In this document: one piece after another, positions 54,701 to 64,000 of the stretch
Layout: each line of letters opens with the position of its first letter
Position numbering within the stretch: the stretch's first letter is position 1
DNA from: Octopus vulgaris
Taxonomy: Eukaryota
Reading direction: 5' to 3'
Assembly: GCA_951406725.2 (NCBI GenBank)
Contig: OX597819.1
Location: 110,050,001-110,114,000 of the forward strand
DNA: 64,000 nt
Made by a program: the position numbers and the translations under genes
The notes under the pieces: model-generated
What the model was told of the DNA's origin: nothing
What the model saw: only the letters and a program-made list of their open reading frames with translations
Databases searched by the model: none

Positions 54701-57239
54701 AAACGTTAGCACGCCGGGCGAAATGCTTAGCGGTATTTCGTCTGCGTTACGTTGTGAGTTCAAATTCCGCCGAGGTCGACTTTGCCTTTCATCCTTTCGG
54801 GATCGATAAATTAAGTACCAGTTACGCACTGGGGTCGATGTAATCGACTTAATACCTATGTCTGTCCTTGTTTGTCCCCTCTGTGTTTAGCCCCTTGTGG
54901 GTAATAAAGAAATAGGTATTTCGTCTGCCGTTACGCCTGTCAGTTACGCACTAGGGTCGATATAATCGACTTAACTTGTTTGTCTGTCCTCGTTTGTCCT
55001 CTCTGTGTTTAGCCCCTTGTAGGTAGTAAAGAAATAGGTATTTCATCTGCCGCTACGTTCTGAGTTCAAATTCCGCCGAGGTCGACTTTTCTTTTCATCC
55101 TTTCGGGGTCGATTAAATAAGTACCAGTTACGCACTGGGGTCGATATAATCGACTTAATCCGTTTGTCTGTCCTTGTTTGTCCTCTCTGTGTTTGGGCCC
55201 TTGTGGGTAGTAAAGAATAGGTATTTCGTCTGCCGCTACGTTCTGAGTTCAAATTGCGCCAAGGTCGACTTTGCCTTTCATTCTTTCGGGGTCGATAAAT
55301 TAAGTACCAGTTGCATACTGTTGTCGGTCTAATCGACAGGCCTCCTCCCCCAAAATTTCGGGACTGTGTGCTTAGAGTAGAAAAGAATATTGTTAAGACA
55401 ATGGCCTTGGTTGTTGTTGTTGCTGTGGCGTCTTCCGTCTTTGTTACTGTTGGCTTAGATTTTGTTATTTTTATTTTTCCCTAGTCCAGGTCAGACCTGA
55501 CTGAACAGGTGTAGGACGAAAGGCATTTCAGATTTGACCTCGCATTTTTTCAGACGATATGAATTTAGGACAAGCTTATGTAATGTGTCATTCATTTCTT
55601 AAGACAGTCACATATGGCCTGAAAGCGATTTGGCTGCTGTTTCTAGTGGGTTATGTGACGACATAGCAGCCACCTCGTTGAATCGTAGCTGTGGTTGTTG
55701 TCACGGGCGCGATGAGATAACGGTAAAGTGAAATGGAATAACAAAATTGGATCTCCAAGAGTTTATCTTTTATTTTTCGATATTTGTTAAATCTAAGGCT
55801 GCAAGCTGGCAGAACCGTTGGCATGCCGGGTAAAATGCTTAGCAGCATTTCGTTCGTCTTTACTTTCTGAGTTTAAATTCCTCCGAGGTCGACTTTGCTT
55901 TCATCCTTTCAATGTCAATAATATAGATACTAGTTGAACATTGGGGTCGGTATAATCGACTTACCCTTCCCCCCAAGTTGCTGGCTTTGTGCCAAAATTT
56001 GAAATCTACATTTGTTAACTCTATAGCATGGAACTGTATAAGCCAACAAGGGAACCACTGAGTGAACAAATGACATGCCAGAAATCGTAGCCGAGTCACA
56101 TCTAACCGTTTAAAAAAAAAGGACATATTGGCTATCTGATATTAAAAAAAAAGTCGGATGTTCATTGGAATGTATTTGATGACACAATTGCTGTACCAGT
56201 GGTGACCTTGTATTAAACGACAGAACTGTTTTTCTCTTTTGCGATTTTTCAGGTTTGGTTCCAGAATCGACGCCGGAAAGAAGTTGTCGGGAAACAGAAA
56301 ATGTCTGCCGAACGTAGAGTTGACAAAATCTGTAAAGAATCGCCGACACCTTCTCAAAGTGGTTCAACACATCTTTCCTCTTCATCTCAACCAAAATCAA
56401 TAGAAACTCGGCTCATTCCGACTGTAGTTTTGACAAGCATTATGTACGAACTGGAGCGGTTTAACAACGATGAATGTGGCGGACATAAGACGCACTTTAA
56501 ACAATCTAAGGGAGGAAACAACTCTATGATAACAGACGATAATAAAAAATCAGGCGATTTTGAAATAGCAGACGATAAGACGAGAAAAGAGCTTTTCAAA
56601 ATGAGAGATACAAGGGAAGATCAATATATCAAAACAAATTTACCGAAATTTTCGTGTAACTCACGCAATCAGAATAAAAGAAAGGTTTTACAATCTAATA
56701 AATCTTCCAAAAATAACATTTTCATTAGCGACTACGATATCAGATCACCACCAAATCAAATTACACCAACAGCAATCTTTACACTCAGGGACGATGACCG
56801 CTCAAAGCAACGAAACATGGGCACCAGTGGTTGGATATTTCCACAATTAGAAAGCGGTTTAACAAGTTCTATCGACATACACAGCAATCAGCGAATCAAC
56901 AATTCTTTAACAAATTCACAGAGCTTCGCAAAATTACCTTCTCCAGGTCTCTACGGGAGAGATTATTTGACATCATTTCACCCAGGTACTCCTCTGGATT
57001 CGAACGACATCAGTGTAGTTTCTTTCTCTACTAGCGATTACTGTCCTGATCAGAGGACTATGTTTCCCGTGGTAGATTCTTCTACGTTAAATGAGAGATA
57101 CGAGAATCGACTTATCAAATTCCACCAAGTAAACTTTACTGATATTCGTAGTCCGGCAACATCTCAGCAATCATATGGATCACCACACATTATTCAGAAT
57201 ATAAATGCCTTTCCATTTTCTTATAACATAGATTTTTAA
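51271..57239 (+). CDS. Divergent PRD-class-like Q50 homeobox gene, about 429 aa; exons 51271-51301, 53251-53294, 53874-54101, 56253-57239
   Basis: Spliced homeodomain [46 protein letters not shown]|[12 protein letters not shown] with R3, R5, L13, L16, F20, Y25, P26, W48, F49, Q50, N51, R53. The last two exons are secure. The first two are phase-consistent but tentative; an alternative start is aaaccATGG at 53256. Confidence 0.85.
52770..53055 (+). mobile_element. SINE family A, abutting an inverted family B copy (53057-53188)
   Basis: Shared consensus with the other copies. Confidence 0.8.
53469..53823. mobile_element. hAT (Charlie/Buster-like) MITE in a homeobox intron
   Basis: TIRs CAGTGGTTCTCAA / TTAAGAACCACTG; exact 8-bp TSD CTCTAGAG. 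Confidence 0.88.
53874..54101 (+). CDS. Homeobox exon: Pro-rich linker and homeodomain residues 1-46
   Basis: ccttttag|CGC acceptor, AAG|GTGAGA donor; encodes [39 protein letters not shown]...EQVK. Confidence 0.9.
54468..55390 (+). repeat. Tandem multimer of SINE family B (about 5 units) in the homeobox intron
   Basis: Repeated GTATTTCGTCTGCCG...TTTAGCCCCTTGTGGGTAGTAAAGAAATAG units. Confidence 0.88.
56253..57239 (+). CDS. Homeobox terminal exon: VWFQNRRRK plus a long Ser-rich C-terminus
   Basis: gatttttcag|GTT acceptor, in frame with the 312-aa ORF 56301-57239. Confidence 0.92.
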   Translation, partial: VWFQNRRRKEVVGKQKMSAERRVDKICKESPTPSQSGSTHLSSSSQPKSIETRLIPTVVLTSIMYELERFNNDECGGHKTHFKQSKGGNNSMITDDNKKSGDFEIADDKTRKELFKMRDTREDQYIKTNLPKFSCNSRNQNKRKVLQSNKSSKNNIFISDYDIRSPPNQITPTAIFTLRDDDRSKQRNMGTSGWIFPQLESGLTSSIDIHSNQRINNSLTNSQSFAKLPSPGLYGRDYLTSFHPGTPLDSNDISVVSFSTSDYCPDQRTMFPVVDSSTLNERYENRLIKFHQVNFTDIRSPATSQQSYGSPHIIQNINAFPFSYNIDF

Positions 57240-57285
57240 CAATCCCAGCTTGTGATGGTACTAAAACACTACTGTACGCTGTTAC

Positions 57286-57291
57286 AATAAA
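57286..57291 (+). terminator. Putative polyadenylation signal AATAAA of the homeobox gene
   Basis: Canonical hexamer about 47 nt after the stop, followed by a GT/T-rich stretch. Confidence 0.5.
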
Positions 57292-57372
57292 AACACTTTA
57301 AAACCTACTATCCAGTTGTTGTTGCTGCTTCTATTGTCTTCGTTATTGCAATTAATTTGTAATTTTTATTGA

Positions 57373-57404
<32 letters not shown>

Positions 57405-59226
57405 TGTTATGCCTATACAGTGTAAATCAGAATTAAAACATATTCGAAAGCTTCACTGTGAGTAAAATAAGAATTTAAGCATGTTCTTACTTTGCTACTA
57501 ATTTGCGGGGAAAATTAGGGAAGGAGTCTCCTGACTCTAGAAGAAGAACACTTCTGGAAGCTTCTCCCAGAACGTGTTTTTTTCTGCAGATGTTGATTTG
57601 CAACATTTTAAACGGAAAATTAAGGGCATCATGCTGGGGTTTCTAATTTAGAATAGGAGCCAAGGAAACTAGTAGTGGCTTGTGTCTGCAATTAGTGAAT
57701 GTTAATTGAAATGATTCTACACTATGTCAAGTATTGGCTTTAAAGGTATCTATCAACAACTTGAGGATTTTAAATGTAGCGACCTTAGCCCCAGTTGAGT
57801 TGCTAAAGGCATGAGTTAAAATCATCATTTGCATTATGTAAAGCAAATAACGAACAAACTCCTCTTTTTCAGTCTTTTTATAAGGAAGATGATGTGATGA
57901 TCAATTACATTCTTAATGATTCTAGCGGCATAGATGCTGTAAATACACAGGTTAGTATCGAACCCGGAATTAGTTTAAAGTAAACTTATGTCAGCAGTGC
58001 CTCAGCATTTTTGCTCCAACTATTGTGTCATTCAGATATCTAATATGAGCAAATAAGTCAATGAATCCTAAGACGCAGTGTTGTTATCGATTAAAGTCGA
58101 TCATAAATACGACTGATATTTCATTATACTTAAAAATATGAAAGGCAAACCCGACAGCGTCACAATCGTCCTACCACTCTTTCATTATAACAATAATAAG
58201 CATCTCGTAAAGTCACACATTTTTGACAAGTTCTTATTTTATCGTCAACCGAATTATGAAAGGTAAAATCGATCTCGGTGATATTTCATCTTTTTCTTTT
58301 ACTTCTTCGAAATTGATAAAATAATTCCCAAACCAACCTGGGATCGATTTAATTGCCTGCTTTCCAAAATATGTGACCTTGGGATAATATTAGAAATCTT
58401 CGGTATAATCTGTAGAACCGCATGAAAAACCCTGCTGTTCTGCGTTCAAATTCCGCTAGGGTCAACTTGACATTTCATCTTCCAGGATCGATAAAATACT
58501 AGGATAATTTAGTGGACCACACCCACTCTCCAAATTTGAGACCGTATACCTTTGTAAGAAATGATTATAATTCTTAGGAAAAAGCTGGTGGATTGCAAAA
58601 CTAATTAAGCATTAGATAAAATATTTCGTTTCATCGGGTTTAGTTACATTAATTTAATTTCTAAGCTCGAAAACCACCGTTGTCAACTTTGCTTTTCATC
58701 CTACTGCGATCGATAAAATATACCGCACCTGCGATGTACTGAGGGTTATTATAGACTTTCTTCTCAAATTTGCGGTCTTGTGCCTACGTAAGAAATAACT
58801 TTAGGGTGGTTGATTGGCCGAATCGTAACAACGTTGGACCAAATGTCTCTGCTATTTGTTCTGGCGTTTTACGTTCTGAGTTCAAATCTTCTCGAAGTCA
58901 TCTTTGACTTTCATTCCTCTAGGCTCGACAGAATAAAGTACCAGTCAAATATTGAACTCGGTGATATCGACTTACACTCGTCTCCATATTTCTTTAGGCC
59001 TTGCGCCTATATTATGAACTATTAACAAAGGTTGTGTTTTCACAGAATCCTCAGCGCACCGGAACGAAACATCCTTTTTGCTATTCATTCCGGTTCTTTA
59101 TGTTGCAATTCGAATCTTGCTGAGGTCGTCGTAAATTTTCATCCACTGGGTTTGATAAAATAAAATGTATCAGTCAAGCATTCGAGTCAATGGTATATTG
59201 ATGCTTATAAAGGTATAATGGTATAA

Positions 59227-59460
59227 AGGCGGCGAGCTGGCAGAAACGTTAGCACACCGGGCGAAATGCTTAGCGGTATTTCGTCTGCCGCTACATTCTG
59301 AGTTCAAATTCCGCCAAGGTCGACTTTACCTTTCATCCTTTCGGGGTCGATTAAATAAGTACCAGTTACGCACTGGGGTCGATGTAATCGACTTAATCCG
59401 TGTGTCTATCCTTGTTTGTCCCCTCTGTGTTTAGCCCCTTGTGGGTAGTAAAGAAATAGG
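59227..59460 (+). mobile_element. SINE family B
   Basis: Full monomer. Confidence 0.88.
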
Positions 59461-59549
59461 TATCGACTAACTCTCACTTCCTAAAACTGTTGGCCTTGTG
59501 TTTATGTGAGAAACAGTTACGACGGATGACAAATAAAAAATTAAAAAAA

Positions 59550-59822
59550 GGCATTCCTTCGATATAACTCGACAAAATCAAAACATTTCACTTCGGATAT
59601 TTCCGTGGGTTGTGGAGTATAGATATAACGTTTAAATTATACCAGCAATGTCTCATTTTAAACATGAAGAAAAAAAGCCTTGCATATTTGTTCTTACCTG
59701 TTTCAAGTGTGTACGTAAAATCCGCAAATTTCCAAGCAGAAAACAGAATTGAACTGTCATTTGCTTCACGGAAATAACCGGTCATATGTTTTGATTTTGT
59801 CGAGTTATATCGAAAGAATGCC
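59550..59822. mobile_element. MITE with about 60-bp TIRs
   Basis: GGCATTCCTTCGATATAACTCGACAAAATCAAAACAT / ATGTTTTGATTTTGTCGAGTTATATCGAAAGAATGCC; A-run flanks; superfamily unresolved. Confidence 0.75.
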
Positions 59823-60754
59823 AAAAAAAAAAAAAAGAACTATATTACTAATTGTTGATGTTGTTTAGTCAGTGTCAAACCAACCAGAACAAACCCATGA
59901 TCAATGCCATTCTTGCTATGACCAGGTCATCTCTTTCACACTTAGTAACCTTGGACTACATTATCCAATATAACGTCCTGTGTTAACAAAATAAAATGAA
60001 TAAATAAAAGAGAAAGTACTATATGGTTTGAAAAGATATGGTTGCTATTTCTAGCAGTTCGAGCGACCACGTAGAGGCTTTGTCATTGGTTCAGTGAGTG
60101 AAATAAAATAACAACAGCAAACTTCCATTTTATTCTCACAAACACGTGAATCTGTAAACACGTGACTGTCTGAACAGCGCGAGACCACCAGTATGTTCTC
60201 CGACTCAAATGGCTCTTACACGGCGTTCTGTATTAGCTGTTTCGTTTCTTAACCCATGTTTCATTTCACCAAATGGCTATACTTTAGCATTTCGTTCGTA
60301 AAGGCCGGACTGGTAAGCTACGCGATTGTTTTTATTATTATTACTGTTGTTGTTGATGTTCTACTAATTTAAGCCCCTGGCCAATCCTGATCGAGGAAAT
60401 ACACTCTAGAAAGTTTTTCACACAGACAGGGTCATTACTTCTTTATTTGTTTTAGTCTTTATTTTTCAGCCATAATAATATCACACTTTTTAAAAGATGG
60501 TAGCGTGTGATTGATATTGTGGCTGAAGATTGCACCATCATCATTATCGTCGTCATCGTCGTCGTCGACAGCGTGGGTGTTGTTGTTGTTAGTGGTACAC
60601 GATCTAGAAGAAGAACAATACAATACAGATTTTATATTATTCTGTTGAGTCGGACAGACAGAAAAGATGAAGGTTGTTAACGTGAAGTTGTAAATATTGG
60701 AAGCATCGTCCATGCCATTCACACGGACCCAAACACATATCCATTTATAAACAC

Positions 60755-60816
<62 letters not shown>

Positions 60817-61759
60817 CTTATAACTCACTCTGAGATTTATCATTATATATATATATGATACATTGTTCCAATTAATAGAAAACAAGCAGGAAGCAGGAGT
60901 ATTAGTTTATATATTAGATATATGTAGTGAATGCAGTGCTTTCTCTCACCTTGTCGAAGCACTGACACGTCCTGCACTCACGGATTTCCAGATCAAAAAG
61001 GGCGCAATCTTCCCCTGCCTGTGCACGCGTCACCTGCGTGCCCTTCCTCTTCCGGTCAGCTCCCAAGTTCCAGTCAACTCCCCAGCCGCTGACGTCATCC
61101 CACAATATATACACACACATATATTATATAATATGATACATACACACACAAACACAAGTTGTTGATGTCCAGATAAGAATGAACATCCTTGGTTAGACAA
61201 CACCGTGTAAATCTATGTTGAAAGATATTCCAGTCACGACCATCACTCTTTTGCAGTATAGAAAGTATTACATTGACAGTGTTTTTCTGTTTTGGAAACA
61301 GTAGAACGACATTTAAGGGAGATTTAACTATTATTTTTAGTAGATTGAATAATCATGTAGGCACTCCCTCGTTGATTATACAAACCTGGCTGCATGGTTG
61401 AAAAATCTGATCAGAAATGGAGTAATTCCGGGTTCGATATTGGAATTCATTGCTTAAGTGTACCCGTTTGTATAACCAAATTTGTAGCAAATGTTGATTC
61501 ATTAGAAGAACAATGAATGAGCGGAATAAAACAAAATCAAGACAACAAACGTCTGTGTTATTGACTGCAAAATATGCAGATGGACTCGAAGGAAGTGCTG
61601 GTATTCCGAACACACATTGCAATAATGAAAGAACGTCCTGGCCTTATGGAATGATCTACATTAGCGAAGAAGTCATGGTTGTTGAGTTGACTGTAAAGTG
61701 GGAAGTTGCAAGGATAATACGAGGCAGTCACATAGACTGTAGGGCGTGGATTATAAAAT

Positions 61760-62723
61760 GGATCTTTTCCCTTTCAACGGCAGATCGAGAAATTAATTTT
61801 TTGTAACTAAACACTTTCAAACTTCGGACACTGGTAGAATGTGTCATACAAAACATCTTTTATTCTTAATGTTGTTGAGAAAAGTTTCTATTTTCAAAGT
61901 TATTTCGTGCTAAAGTAGTCGTATTTCGGTAATTTCAACCAATCAATGACGTGTATTCAGCTGAATAAAATTACTACCGTTGTTTGTCAACAACAACTAT
62001 CGGCAGTGTATATTTCGTTTGTCACTGTTATTTGTGACATCGTTTGTGCGTTTGTACTGTTTTTAGCTTTAGGGTTTTAGGGTTAGAGTTTTAGAGTTAG
62101 GGTTTTAGAGTTAGGGTTTTAGAGTTAGGGTTTTAGAGTTAGGGTTAGGGTTTTAGAGTTAGGGTTAGGGTTTTAGGGTTAGAGTTAGGGGTTTAGAGTT
62201 AGGGTTAGGATTAGGGTTTTAGAGTTAGGGTTAGGGTTTTAGGGTTAGGGTTTTAGAGTTAGGGTTAAGGTTGGGGTTTTAGGGTTTTAGAAATTGGAGG
62301 GGGAGGGTGGCAAAAAAGTCTTTCCGAAAATAGTAGCTGAAAAACAGGAAAAAAAAAACAAACTAAAAGCAGTAGAAATTCACGGACGATTATGGTGGTG
62401 CTATGAAGTAAACATGCTTCAGATACACTTGTTTATTCATACAAACGTAAATGAGATGAAAATATGTCATAAATAACAGTGACAAACGAAATATACACCG
62501 CCGGAAGTTGTTGTTGACAAAAAACAGCAGTAATTTTATTCAGCTGAATACACGCCATTGATTGGTTAAAATTACCGAAATAACTTTGAAAATAGAAACT
62601 TTTCTCAACAACATTAAGAGTAAATGATATTTTATATGACACATTCTACCAGTGTCCGAAGTTTGAAAGTGTTTATTTGCAAAAAATTAATTTCTCGATC
62701 TGCCGTTCAAAGGGTAAAGATCC
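61760..62723. mobile_element. Long-TIR foldback element of the related GGATC family, with a central telomere-like array
   Basis: Inverted arms of about 270 bp (GGATCTTTTCCCTTTCAACGGCAGATCGAG... / ...CTCGATCTGCCGTTCAAAGGGTAAAGATCC); exact TSD TATAAAAT. Confidence 0.9.
62063..62290 (+). repeat. Interstitial telomere-like array (TTAGGG / TTAGAG / TTTTAGGG variants)
   Basis: Read directly; lies inside the foldback element. Confidence 0.95.
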
Positions 62724-64000
62724 TATAAAATAATATAGGGAATCGTGGGAGATATGATAGTGGCAGTGAGAAGTGATTCGAGTAGAGATGGTTTGTGGTG
62801 GACTTGAAGTTAAATGCACAATGTCCTTCCATCTGGTTGCATTGGAAATCGGAATGATAGAGAGAAGTGATACGGAAACTGGATAGGAGAAAGATAAAAT
62901 ATTTCATTATCAATGTGATGGAAGAACGTGAGAGAAATGATAGAAATCAGAGAAATGAACAAATATTAAGCGAATAGTAAAAAGAAAAAGTTGCTACATG
63001 ATCCGAATGGTCACCGCAGTACTCGATTTCCTGCTGTGATTGCATGGATAATGGAGGTAAGATGTGTGCCATAGTGAGGGCGAAAAAGAACCCTGACATT
63101 CTCTGGTAGCATCAATATTTCTCAGCACCGTTGAAGTTTTGTATTGTCGGAACGTTATTAAATTGTTATCTGTCGTCAGCTTATGAAGAGTGACCCTCAC
63201 TACAAGCTGTGTGCATATTATATATACTACAGATGCAGATATACACTCACACAAATACCACACAATAGACTTCTTGCACTTCAACATTTCAATCATTCAT
63301 CATGTTGGATCACTGAACTCAACATGTTTTTTCCATTTCCTCTCTTTATTTGCTCTTATTCCTTCTGTCGAAGAGCGCTGGCTCGAAACGTAAAAGACTT
63401 TTCCATTTTCCCATAGCATCAAACTAATACACTTGCTTGTTGTTCCTACATTCGTCTTCGTCTTTGTTTTTCTATAAATTTGAACTATATATATATAGAA
63501 AAATAATCAACAATAAAGTTAATCGAAATTAATCATCAGGCCATAAAGTACAGAGTTACGAGGGGATAATCAATAAATATTCTAGAAGCTCCATCTCAAG
63601 AAAATAAAGATTTACTCTGGAGTTTAATGAGGATGCAAGTTGGTTAGAAGATATCTGGCCTGCAGCATACGAGACGAGACCTTTGATTAGAAAAGCAAAA
63701 GAAAAAGAATGATTGCTGAACACTGATGCTAAAACACTTCAGTTATTAACCCGTACTAAAGCTTTTCATGTCAACAGTAACATATACCATATCTACTTCA
63801 GACAACATGGCGGCAGACGTAAAGTGAAATAAACATTAGAGAAGCTTTGAGAGGGAGGAGCTACGGAAAACTGTTGGAGCTACGGAAAACTGTTGGAGCT
63901 ACATAAAAATATTGGTGGCTTTTCTCTTGGCGGTGACTAAAGCTACCGCAATGTTTGAAACCCTTCCGTATCGTCAGCAAATGTCTCTGAGTAACAAGTT

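Noticed and set aside
54468-55390. CRISPR-like repeat array
   Set aside because: The context is eukaryotic and the units are SINE copies without unique spacers.
61513-61750. ORF containing VVELTVKWE
   Set aside because: It is probably a very decayed RLE-LINE remnant and too short to call.
62063-62290. True chromosome end or telomere fusion site
   Set aside because: The array has one orientation and lies between TIRs with an exact TSD, so it is transposon-borne.
63800-63830. ACATGGCGGCAGAC|GTAAAG as a first exon or YY1-like site
   Set aside because: It is too short, and no downstream exon in the window supports it.

Overview
AT-rich, microsatellite-dense eukaryotic genomic DNA. The SINE families and repeat landscape suggest a coleoid cephalopod such as Octopus (inference). 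Most ORF-track entries are microsatellite artefacts. I assembled two real, divergently transcribed multi-exon genes by hand from GT-AG splice sites with consistent phases. (1) A minus-strand, strongly diverged BCR/ABR-family gene (DH-PH-C2, with RhoGAP expected past the left edge): about 20 exons between 40193 and 658, about 657 codons in the window. (2) A plus-strand divergent Q50 homeobox gene (51271-57239, about 429 aa) with the PRD-type intron between homeodomain codons 46 and 47. The rest is mobile DNA: two near-full-length mariner copies in inverted orientation around exons 2-3 of the ABR-like gene; a GGATC-ended MITE family with 8-bp TSDs and internal TTAGGG-like repeats; a deleted Gypsy (Mag-like) LTR element with a nested SINE; RLE-type LINE ends next to (AAT)n tracts; an RTE 3' end; hAT, piggyBac and Tc1/mariner MITEs; three tRNA-SINE families including tandem multimers; a truncated 5S rRNA copy; and several Penelope-like foldbacks with minimal or degenerate hammerhead-ribozyme-like motifs. 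All family assignments come from remembered consensus motifs; no search was run.
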